From: Eledone cirrhosa
Taxonomy: Eukaryota
Reading direction: 5' to 3'
Assembly (NCBI GenBank): GCA_964016885.1
Contig: OZ024742.1
Span: 104,036,001-104,100,000 of the forward strand
DNA: 64,000 nt
Part shown: piece after piece, positions 24,261-35,608 of the stretch
How the letters are laid out: each line of letters starts with the position of its first letter
Numbering within the stretch: position 1 is the stretch's first letter
Notes under the pieces: generated by a model
Databases searched by the model: none
What the model saw: the letters and a program-made list of their open reading frames with translations, nothing else
What the model was told of the DNA's origin: nothing
Translations under genes and position numbers: made by a program

Positions 24261-25990
24261 ATAATGGTTTCTAGTTTAGGCACATGGCCAGCAATTTGGG
24301 AGAGGGAATAAGTTGATAATATTAGCAGTAGGGCTTAACTGGTACTTTATCTTATCAACCCAAGAAGGATGACAGGAAAAGTTGACTTCTGTTGGATTTG
24401 AACCCATAAAGGGTCGTAACTAAATGCTGCAATGCATTTTATCCAATGCTCTGATGATTCAGCCAATTCACCACCCTGTCATCCAATAAAATAATGATTT
24501 CTAATGTTGGCACAAGACCAGCAATATTTTGGTGGAAAGGGAAAATCAATTATATTGACCCCGTATTTGATAGGTACTTGCTTTTATCAACCCTAGAAGG
24601 ATGAAAGGAAAATATCACTTCTGTTCAATTTGAACTCAGTACTTAAAGAACCAGTCCAAAAACCATAAAGTAATTCTTCCAATTTTCTAGATATTTTGCC
24701 TACCCAGTGTCTTTCCCTCACCCAAAATAATGATTTGTAATTTAGATAGAAGGCCAGCATTTTGAGGGGAAGGAAAATTCAATTAAAACAATAATGATTT
24801 CTTTATTATTTAATATTTATGTAGTTTACTCAGCTGTAGAAATGAGATGATAGGGACTGGGTCCCTATCATTCCACTGCAAAGTGGTCGTGGAGGTGCCA
24901 CGGCAAAAAAGCACCCAGCCCACACTGTAAAGTGGTCGTGTAGGTGCCACGAAAGAAAAGCACCCAGCACTCACTGTAAATGAGGTTGGTGTTAGGAAGG
25001 GCATCCAGCTGTAGAAATCAAGCCAGAATCAGTTCCCGTGCCACCCTTGCAAGCAGGGAAAAGCGGACATAAAATGAGGATGATTTTGTCCCAGTACAGA
25101 TGACTATAGTAATAATCAATCACTAAAATGGTTGAAAAATTTGGAGACTGTAAATCAGAGCTGGCACTTGGTTGTTACTTTATTTTATCCACTCTAGAAG
25201 GATGAAAGGCAAAGTTGATCTTAGCAGGATTTGAATTCAAAAAGTAAAGAGCCAGAACCAAACTGCTAAACATTTGTCCAATACTCAAATGACTCCTCTA
25301 TCAACTCACCATCCAACAAGATGATACAACTCATATTCTACTTGTTAAATAAATGCAACATTCATAGTCCCACACTCCAAAAGACAATGCTAAACATGCC
25401 ACAGGAACATGACAGCGAACCTAGTGGCACAATAGAAGCTTGCATTAAACTGTTGAAAACATAATAATTGATTAAGGCACAAGGACAACAATTTTGGGGG
25501 AGGGAAAAGTCGATTAAATTGACCCCAGTGTATTACTGGTACTTTATTTAATCGACCCCGTAAGGATGAAAGGTGAAGCCAGCCTCAGAACATAAAGGGA
25601 CATAACTATATGCTGCGAAGCATGCTGTCCGATGTTCTACTGATACTACCAATCCACCGCTCTTGAAAACATACTATTAATAATAATAAAGATAATAATA
25701 ATAACAATAATAATCCTTTTTCTTCTTTACCATAGGAATGACAGATAAGGCGGGTATTAGAGCCCTTAACTCCTGATACAGCATGTCTTGGGCACTTTGA
25801 ACCTGGTAGAGCCTATCCCAATCCTTGGATAACACAGTCAATGTCTTCTAGAGAAAGAATCGACTCCAGTACTGGATTAGTTCTTTACTTAGAGACACTG
25901 AAATGATGAAAGGCAAATTTGACCTCTAAGGAATTTGAGCTCAGAGCTCAGAGAGCCCGAAAAATTACTGAAGCATTTTTAATTTGATGC
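24261..25990 (-). mobile_element. Cluster of family-A SINE copies (e.g. 24261-24474, 24490-24720, 25160-25310, 25468-25661) plus an RTE 3'-end fragment (24870-25085, +)
   Basis: Repeated AGGATGAAAGGCAAAGTTGAC..GATTTGAAC and AATAATGRTTTCT...GGCACAAG motifs; approximate TSDs CATCCAAYAAAATAATG and TTGAAAACATA. Confidence 0.8.
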
Positions 25991-26017
25991 TCTAATGACT
26001 AACTGGTCACTTATAAA

Positions 26018-26347
26018 GGGTAAAGACCCACTTTGGTCACAAGTGACTATGGGATTTGCACCAAGAAAGTTGCCCCCTGAGCCACAAGTCTGAGCAAGGT
26101 TGTTTGTGGAAGACCAGCAGTCTCCCATGTATACCAGTTTCCCCTCTCCATGCCACCGATGTTGTCCAAGGGAAAGACAAAGGCTGATACAGCTTAGTAT
26201 CAGTGACATCACAACTCATTTCTAAAGTTGGGTAAATTGGAGCAACATGAAATAAAGTGTCTTGCTCAAGAACACAACACACTGCCCAGTCTGGGACTCA
26301 AACTCACAACCTCATGATTGTAAGCTTAACCACTACGCCATGCACCT
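26018..26347 (-). mobile_element. tRNA-derived SINE (family B) with 14-bp TSD
   Basis: Head TGGCGTAGTGGTTAAG...GTTTGAGTCCC, body TTGTGTTCTTGAGCAAGACACTT; TSD TGGTCACTTATAAA at 26004-26017 and 26348-26361. Confidence 0.88.
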
Positions 26348-27696
26348 TGGTCACTTATAAAAAGGTATCAAAGGGCCTAATAACAAAAAAAAAAAAAATG
26401 GTGGATTGATTATCAAAAAACAGACATGGAAAACAACAATAGGAAACTGAACTGGAATGTCCCAATATAACTACAGTCATTTCAGATTACTCTTATTGTT
26501 AAGGACAAATACTTACTCCCAACTCTTCTCTACAAATATTTACTGATAGTAGATCCATTCTTCCACAGGGCTGGATTAAGTCTTGAGGTTTTGAGGTCTT
26601 AAGCACTTAAAGATTATGGTACTCCATATATAGAGTCAGCAAAAAAATTTTGTTTTTCTTTTTTGAATGACAAATTTATACAATTTGAATAAAATAGTGC
26701 CACTCTTCCCTTGATGCCCTAAACATCTGTTTATCTTGTTTAATGGTTTATCAAGCCATGTCTTGCAGGGGACAAGGCCACAATAAAATGCACCCTGTAC
26801 ACTATAAACAGGTTGGTGCACAGAGACAACAATGAGTAGTAAGGACAATTTAGTCTTGTCAAGGACATGGCAACTTCTCTACTGCTGGAATGGCAAATAC
26901 ATACAATTTGAATAAAATTGTGCCCTTCTTCCTTTGATACCTCAATCATGTGTGTATTGTGATTAACAATTAATTCAGTCCTGCTTACCCACCTTTCAGT
27001 AAATTTACCAAAAAACAGCACCGCCTCTCGCCAAGTAGAATGAAGAAATTGATGAGGGCTTGACCAAAGAGGAAAGTGCTTGTCTTTAGTTCTTTCAATG
27101 TTACCCACCATGAAATCTTTTTCACCATAGGCATCAGGAGGAGAGAAACTGCCAACCTTGCTAGGTTGAAGAAAAGCAGTAAGTCAATCCATACAGTAAA
27201 CTGGATTGATAGCTGGAGCTGTCCTTCATATTATATCAGTTGTTTGACATAACAAATCAGCACCAATATTTGGACCATATAAGGTGGAAGTGTTTGTACC
27301 ATGACACAAAGCACCCTGTCTACCCTGTAAGGTGGTAATGCTGGTGCCACAACACAAATTATACAGTCCACCCTGTAAGGTGAACATACTGGTGCCACGG
27401 CACAAAGCACCCAGTTCAGCCTGTAAGGTGGTCGTACTGTTTCCATGACACCTGTTAGGTGGTAGTGCTGGTGCCATGATGAAATGCTCACAGTATATGT
27501 TGTAAAATGATTGTTAAGAAGGGCATCCTGTAAAAAACCAAGCCAAAATTAGAGTATATGAACAAGACGTGATCACTTGACCTGCCTAGCCTCTTGTATT
27601 CTTTCAGTCATTACCCTGTAGAAATCCCAAGGAAAATTTGATGTCAGAGGAATTTCAACTCAGAAATTAAAGGAATGCAGCTAAATACATCAATAA

Positions 27697-27908
27697 TAAT
27701 GGTTTTTGATTTAGGCACAAGGCCAGCAATTTTTTGGGAAAGACAATTAAATTGACCCCAGTGTATGACGTGATTTATTTTATCAACCCCATAAGGATGA
27801 AAGGCAAAGCTAACCTCGGCGGGATTTGAACTCAGAACATAAAGGGCTATAACTCTGTGCTGCAAACCTTGATCTCTGACGCTCTACCAATATTGCTAAC
27901 CACCCACC
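27697..27908 (-). mobile_element. tRNA-derived SINE (family A)
   Basis: Same motifs as 18909-19093, on the minus strand. Confidence 0.85.
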
Positions 27909-27924
27909 CTAGAAAAAGTTAAGA

Positions 27925-27994
27925 TGCATTGGCTGGGAAGGAACCCGGGCTGCCCGCATGGTAGGCTAGCATTCTACCACTGAACCACTGATAC
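27925..27994 (-). pseudogene. tRNA-Gly(GCC)-derived pseudogene (anticodon now ACC)
   Basis: GTATCAGTGGTTCAGTGGTAGAATGCTAGCCTACCATGCGGGCAGCCCGGGTTCCTTCCCAGCCAATGCA is close to metazoan tRNA-Gly; acceptor stem and T-loop are damaged. Confidence 0.8.
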
Positions 27995-28673
27995 ATCAAT
28001 AATACTGATGAATATGATAATATTGTCCAACCCTTGCTAGCAGGAAAAACAGATGTTAAATGACAATGAACAGCCCAAGATATAAGGGACAATACAAGGT
28101 AGAAAAATAACACAAAGTGGGGTTTACATTAATTAAAGGAAAGGGGAAATCAACAAAGGGAAAATAGTGTAACAATAACAATAATTGTAATAGTCATAAC
28201 AATACAAGACAATAACAAATGTTAACTAGGAATAGTTCCCAAATAGTTGGAGAGAGGACTGTGCTTTAGGGAAAACCCCCACACAAAACCCCAGATTACT
28301 CTGCTACCTCACAGGCACTAAAAGTTACATCTATCGGTTTCTTTTCCTCTTGCTTAGAAAAGCATAGTCAGTGTAGGCCCATTCAGCCTCATCAACCTCG
28401 CTGCTCTCACCCATCTTTCATAAAATACCTGAGGAGGCGGCAGCACCCCCTCTCTAAATAATTGTTTCTATTTTAGGCACAAGACCAGCAAATTTGTGGG
28501 GAAGGGTAAAGTTGATTAAATCGACCCCAGCACTTAACAGGTACTTTATTTTACTGATCTACAAAGGATGAAAGGCAAAGTTGACCATGGCAGGAAGAAA
28601 TACTGCTAAGAATTTATCTGACACTCTAACGACTCTACCAATTCACCAGCCTTCCCGCTCTAAATAATAATAA

Positions 28674-28883
28674 TAATGATTTCTGGTTTAGGCACAAGGC
28701 CAGCAATTTTTTGGAGGAGGAGAAAGTCGAGTGAATTGACCCCCATGCGTTACTACTACTTTATTTTATCGACCTCGTAAGAATGAAAGGCAAAGCTAAC
28801 CTTGGTGGGATTTGAACTCAGAACATAAAGGGCCATAACTCTATGCCGCAAGGCATGTTGTCCGACGCTCTACCGATACTGCC
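28674..28883 (-). mobile_element. tRNA-derived SINE (family A)
   Basis: 3' end on minus strand reads CCTTGTGCCTAAACCAGAAATCATTATT. Confidence 0.85.
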
Positions 28884-30336
28884 ATAATAATGCTTTCTTT
28901 ATTAACCACAAGGGTTTATATAAAGTAGACATTAAGGACAATACAGGACGATACAAATGGGCATTTCTGCGTGTAAAAAACAAAAACAGAGGATGTAACA
29001 AAAAAATAACAATGAAAAATTCCCCAATAGGGGGAGACTTCGGAGGGACATTTGTGGAAAAAGCCCATTAAAAGGCCACAGTGACCCTGACCACCAAGGC
29101 AAGTGCCCTCTTCCAGTTTTCCACCCTTAATTTACAGACACATACTCAGAGTAGGCCCGTTCACTCGGGCCATTCTTGCTTCTCTCACCCATCTTTCAAC
29201 AAAATGCTGGGAAGAGAGCACTTCCCTCTCTACCCTGATTTTCCTTTTCAAATGAAATTTGAAAAAGTCAATCAGGGCATCACCGAAGAGGTAAGTGCTC
29301 GTCTTCAGCCCTTTCAAACGTGTCCACCATACTATCTCTTTCGCCATGGCCACCAGACAGATAAAAACTGCCTGCCCTTCCCGGCTAAAGAAAGAGGGCG
29401 GGGCAATCCTTAGCCGGATCCGTCCTACACGCGACAGCAGGTGTTCGACATAAACCCACAAGTCAGCAATTCTCGGACACTGAATGAGTGCGTGCAGGAC
29501 GGTTTCGTCGCCCTGCGCGCATCTCGGACATGCCCGGCTGACGGCACTTCCATGCCTGTAGAGTTTATCTCGAACTGGCAAGACTCCTCGGTAGCACTGC
29601 CAGGCCAGAGATTTCTGGAAGTTGTCCATAGATCCCGGCCCTAAAGTTCTTCCGAAGAGATTGGCTAGTTGATTTTCGTCGAGGCCTAGAGTTTCCTCAA
29701 GTACGTCGTCGCTCTTCCCCTCCACTAATCCTCTATAGAACGCCGAGGTGGAGTTTCCACCGATCACATTGCCCGATTGGTCGAGGGCTGTGAGCGCCTG
29801 AAGACATTCCAGTCTCCAAGCGCTCCCTCTCGGTCTTCGCTTGACCCAGGACTGCAGCTCCGTCAAGGAAACGAGTTGGGGAAAGACGCGTCTAGCAAAC
29901 GGCGACCACACCTGATTACCGTCGAGGAAGAGGTGGAGATGTCGTAGCCTGAGCGCGTGTCTGCGCATCATCAGCCACGGCATGCCCAGCCCTCCACGTA
30001 GCGGGTGTTGACAACAGATGGACCGCCTGACCATCGGAGCGCGTCCCTTCCACAAAAAGCGAAAGAGCAAACGCTCCAGCGCAGTCAGGCGGGGCTTAGG
30101 ACAAGGTACGACGGTCAGGCGGTAGCAGATGACGGACGCGATGTACGCGTTAGCCACCTCCGCTCGACCTTTCAGGGATAGCTTCCTCTCCGCCCATTTC
30201 TGGGTGAGAGAAGCCACCCTGCTCGTCACCTCGTCCCAGTTTTTGTCCGTCTGGAGGTCCGGACCGAACCAGACCCCTAGCAATTTAACCGGCCCGTCCG
30301 TCCACGGCGCTGTTGGAGGGCATGGACCTGCCTCTC
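28884..30336 (-). mobile_element. 5'-truncated Tx1-like LINE, same family as the array
   Basis: ORF 29132-30283 nearly identical to the array ORF2 C-terminus; same 3' UTR; ATAATAA on both sides. Confidence 0.95.
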
Positions 30337-31098
30337 AATAATAATTACTATTACTAGTACTAATTTGCTAAGGCACAAAAGCAAGGCAATTGGTAAAGAC
30401 TGTATAATCAACTATATAAACTATATTATACCTTATATTACTGGTATTTTGTCACGTCCTATCCAAGAATGGAGGCAGTTGCCAATTGCTTAACACCATA
30501 AAAAATGTTGTTCCAGCTGTTAGCTGCACTTTCCAGCAACCACAATGAATAATTGGTAAAATAAACATGGCAAGTCAGCTGCATGTGAAATAATTAGCAA
30601 TCCAATATCAATGTATTTATGAATATATGGACTCGTAACTGCTGGTAGAGTCACAGGGGCGCTGTAGTGACATAATTGGGCAATTTAAACCTGGTGGAGG
30701 CCATCCCTCTCTAAATCGGAATACACCTGATTTTTTCTAGGGAAGAAGGGAGAGATAGACTGATAGCGAGGAAGAGATAAAGAAGGATAGAGGGAAGAAT
30801 TTACCTCTGTAAAGGTCTGGTACTTTTTTTTATTGACCTCGAAAGGATGAAAGAACGAAAGGACAAAAAGAAAGTTGTCCTCTGAGAGCCAGAACAAATA
30901 CCGCAAAACATTATATCAGATATTCTAGCAACTCTGCCAATTCGTCATCACATCAAGGTATGTAATTTAATTTAAAAATAAAAACTATTTTTGCAGAGTC
31001 ATTCCCCTTGCTTCATTCATCGAAAAAAATATATTTGCCCTACCACTACCTCCTCCATTGCTATATTAATTGACTTCTGATAGTGTGTTTATGTGTTA

Positions 31099-31166
<68 letters not shown>

Positions 31167-31350
31167 TGCAAATAATTTCCTTATTAGGGGACTAGTGGAT
31201 CAGTGCCATCAATATTGATAGCAATACCATTGAATGTGTTTCATTCTTGGAGTCTAGGATTGGTATGCCATATATACCAGGATTAATGGTATATATGCTA
31301 GTGAGGAAGAATGGACTTAAAACGGTGATGATGATGATGATGATGATGAT

Positions 31351-32096
31351 GAACAGTTATACAACCGGGCACGCAGCTAGACAATAATAGCCTGCGCATT
31401 GGCGTTTCCTTGAGGCTCGGCCTCCGGATCTGCGAGCCACACCAATGTCCCTGCGGATCCACCGTGGACCCTTTCGGCCTCCACCCGCTTTCCTGTCGCC
31501 ACAGTGCCGGCCGCCTTCCACGCCATGCTGCCCTCAACGAGGCCATAAAGCATGGCTTTGACGCTGCAGGCTTCCCTTCCCAGCTCGAGCCGGTGGGGCT
31601 GGACCGAGGGGACGGCAAAAGGCCAGATGGCATGACCATCTTCCCGTTCCGCGTTAGTAAACCCCTCGTCTGGGATGCCACTTGCACCGACACTTTCTGC
31701 AGCCGCAACCTGGTGCAGTCTGCGATTAACCCTGGTTCTGCTGCACGGCGGGCTGAGGAGGCTAAACTCCTCAAATACCGGTCGCTCTTCGACAGGTTTG
31801 CGGTTGTACCCCTGGCAGTGGAGACTTCTGGTTTCCTCGGTCTATGGGCTACCGCCCTACTCACCACCATAGGCGCTGAGTTGGCCAGCCTCAGGTGTGA
31901 GCTCCGCAAGTTAGAGTGGCTTTTCCAGCGTGTCTCCCTTGCTGTCCTCCGGGGAAACGCCTTCTCCATTCTGACCGCCGGAGCTGTGGCGGGGCCCCAT
32001 CGCGTATCATTCCATATTTAGTTGTGGTCGGTGTGTATGTTTGTATATATTGCTTTTGTTTTCATTCAGCATCATGTCATTCTTCATTGCTTTTCT

Positions 32097-32140
<44 letters not shown>
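31351..32140 (+). mobile_element. 5'-truncated CRE-like non-LTR retrotransposon (zinc knuckle plus restriction-like endonuclease), ending in (TA)n
   Basis: LRLG..CPCG...HPLSC...RHAALN...KRPDG...WDATC...AEEAKLLKY...PLAVETSG; ORF ends 32021. Confidence 0.85.
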
Positions 32141-32146
<6 letters not shown>

Positions 32147-32890
32147 TAAAGTTAGTCCTTCATCAGTGATCTTCCAACCATCATTGGTATTTCATCGCTT
32201 TAAAGACCATATACCTCCGGTTGGTGCGAGCAACGGCTAAAAAAAGTCGTTGGGACACGTAAATAAAGGGGACACGAGAGTGTAAACAAACAAAGATGGT
32301 GAAGCAACGAAAAGTGAGGAAGAAGGAGTCAAGTCCCAAATTTCCATGAATATAAGTTCGGTGAAATCGTGAACGAGAGAGAATAAAGACCATCAAACCT
32401 GGTTGGAATGTGAGCAAGGAAGGAATTCCGTACAGGTCTAACGGGAGGAAGAAGGGATCTAGTCTGTGAATTCGGTGAACGTAAGTTCTGTGAAATTGTA
32501 GACGAGAAAGAGAAAAAAATCGTAGACGAGAGAGAGCTCTCTCGTCTACGATTTCACAGAACTTACGTTCACCGAATTCACAGACTAGATCCCTTCTTCC
32601 TCCCGTTAGACCTGTACGGAATTCCTTCCTTGCTCACATTCCAACCAGGTTTGATGGTCTTTATTCTCTCTCGTTCACGATTTCACCGAACTTATATTCA
32701 TGGAAATTTGGGACTTGACTCCTTCTTCCTCACTTTTCGTTGCTTCACCATCTTTGTTTGTTTACACTCTCGTGTCCCAACGACTTTTTTTAGCCGTTGC
32801 TCGCACCAACCGGAGGTATATGGTCTTTAAAGCGATGAAATACCAATGATGGTTGGAAGATCACTGATGAAGGACTAACTTTATTCATAT
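32140..32890. repeat. ~350-bp near-perfect inverted repeat (probable PLE remnant)
   Basis: 32140-32507 vs 32540-32890; central near-palindrome CGTAGACGAGAGAGAGCTCTCTCGTCTACG. Confidence 0.92.
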
Positions 32891-33364
32891 GTAACCCATT
32901 AGCAACCACGCAGCACGTTTATTCTCATATTTACACACATATATATATATATACATACTTCGTTTTTGAATTTGTTTTGCAATATTTCTTATTTGAAAAC
33001 GTGTGTCGAACCTGGGAAATTTGTGATTGGAAAATGAACTTCTTGTAGCAACATGGCTGAGGTAGGAAATGCATAGTGTGTATGTGTATAAATAAAAAAA
33101 AAAAAAGGGATTAAAAGCATTTAAATTTCAGTTAGAGCTTTTCCTAGCCAAAAGTGCAACTTTTTTCCTTTGATTTTATTTCCCTTCACCTTCAATTCTT
33201 TCACTGAGACGTTAAGAAAAAAATCTACAAAAATATGTGAGAACGACAATGAAGGTATATTGGGTTGCAATATAAAATTCAGCTCTTGTTGTTGGCCACA
33301 GTAAAAGTAAAGCTTGAAAACGTTGCACTAGATAGCATAACATACTGAAATATTTGGTACCCTA

Positions 33365-33562
33365 CGAGGGTCAGTTGAAAAGTTCATAGGCTAACGATGA
33401 TACTCTCATGGAATGACCAAATGAGGTTTATTTTTCAACATAGTCGCTGGAAAGAAACAATGCAGTTATTAATAAGAAGGGTTGAAATTAATGCATGCCA
33501 GATTTCACAGCTCTAGCATCACTCCTTCATAGTCAGCCTATGAACTTTTCAGCCGACCCTCG
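33365..33562. mobile_element. Mariner-type MITE
   Basis: TA flanks; TIRs CGAGGGTCAGTTGAAAAGTTCATAGGCT / AGCCTATGAACTTTTCAGCCGACCCTCG. Confidence 0.88.
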
Positions 33563-34057
33563 TAGATAGTCATAAGCTGGTGTAAGCATAATGTAGTGAC
33601 CCCAACCCCAAAGAAAATAAACAATTCTCAATAAAAATTACTGGAGAGAAATATCATATATAAGATTTACTTGATAAAAATTATTGTCAAAAAAGGGAAA
33701 GGATGTAATAGCAAAATTTTATTTGACTAAACATTAAATGAGAAGATGTAGTGGGGGAATGAGATTGACCTTTGCTGGGGCGGTGGAAGCATTTCTGAAT
33801 TGGAGTGGGGGGTCTAAATTTGGTCAATTTAGTTGTAGTGGTTAGTTTAGCTCTTTGCATTCTAAAATGGTCAGAAACTTTGATATGCGATAAACATAAC
33901 ATGTACATAAATTGTAGCGCATATACAAATAGATATATTTTGGTAGTTTGGGGAGAAACAGAATTATTGGGGAGGCCATGGTCCACCTGGCACCCCTGCT
34001 TTGGTAGGCATGGTAACAACTCTGGACATATTTTGGTCATATTTAGGCTTCCTCAGC

Positions 34058-34855
34058 AATAATGATTTTTTTTTTATTGGTCACTAGGACCGAAAACATT
34101 AAGGACAATACAAATAAGCAATGGGGATTTACATAAAATGAGTAAAAAAATACAGTTAACAAAGTAATGGTAAATTTAAAACAACAGAGTTCCCCAATAG
34201 AGGGAGTATCATGCAGGGATAATTGAGCTACTCCACAGATCCGAGATTTCTCTGATCACCAAGGATACCATAGGCAAGTTCTTCCTTTTCCTCCATTCTT
34301 TCTAGCATACAGACAAATACTTAGAGTAGGCTCAATAATCTGAGCCATTCTCACTATGTTAACTCATCATTTAAGAAATATACTCTGAGGCAGCACATCA
34401 CTCTCCACATTCACCTTCCTTTCAAGTGGAACTTGACAAAGTCTACCACACAACCTCTTTCTCCAAAGCCACCAGTCAGAGGAAAACTGCCTACCCTTCC
34501 TGACCAAAAGAAGATGGCGGGGCAATCTTCGTGATGAAGTTGGCCATTAGCCAGATCTGTCCTACATGCAACAAAGCTGTTTGACAAAATTCCACAAGTC
34601 AGCAATGCATGACTGGATAAATGTGTGTGAAATTGTTTTATCACTTTATGTGCATCTTGGACAGGCCCGTAAGACAACACTTCCATACCCGTAGAGTTTG
34701 TCTTGAACTGACAGTGCCCCTACCCATTCTATAGCACTTCCAGGCCAGAGATTTCTAGAAAATATCCATAGTTCCCAAGCTGAAATTCCTTCGGAACAGA
34801 CTAATCAGTTTATACCGGTTGATACCAAGGTTTTCCCCTGAGAATATCGTCATTA
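34058..34855 (-). mobile_element. Older degraded Tx1-like 3' fragment (another at ~28080-28455)
   Basis: Similar to the array ORF2 C-terminus and 3' UTR (ACATTAAGGACAATAC, TCCCCAATAG, CAGGCCAGAGATTTCT). Confidence 0.75.
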
Positions 34856-35608
34856 TAGACTACTGCTTGTCCTCATTAATAAATCAGAGCAATTTATCTA
34901 TGAAATTTGTGGCAACTTTAACAATATCATTATTTTTCATTAACGAAAATAGAATAAATAAATGAATAATAATAAATCAGTGAAGTTTCCTCATTGACAA
35001 ACCTCTCTACAGTTACTGCGATAATATATTAATAACCAACAGATCATTTTTATCAGTGGCACAGTTGATAAGTGCTTAGTAAATAGCACGAAGGGTTTGC
35101 CTGGGCAATAACACAAATATAAAACTATAGCTACCATAGTTAACCTTGTTAATAAACCCATCACTGATATTAGGCCAAATGAGTCATTTACATAACATTC
35201 TAGATATATAGTAGTATATCATGTCAAGCATTATAGTATGCCACGAATATTTGTATATAAGGTTTCTGTGTTGCGAGAGTCTCTTTATTTACCATGGGAT
35301 GTTCCCATAAAAAGTGACAAGTTGTAGTCAGCAGAGGTAGTAGTAAACTGTTATATGGGTAGGCTGTGTTATACAGGTGAAGTGGCAGTGAACTAAGTGA
35401 TGCTAGAACTACATCACTGTACATTTATAATGACTGCTAGTTACCTTACTGATGGCTCTAGAAAATGTTCTCCTTTCATACAATTGCCGCCATAAATCCT
35501 TCCACCAGGGAAATTTGTCTACTGTCTTCCCTGCGAGGTCGCAGGTCACTCATTTGCTGTTCGTGTCCATAAGGGGAAAAAAACATGGTTGGAAAACATT
35601 TCTTTTGC

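Noticed and set aside
32858-32890. Hammerhead at CTGATGAAGG
   Set aside because: No GAAA or stem III half follows; truncated.
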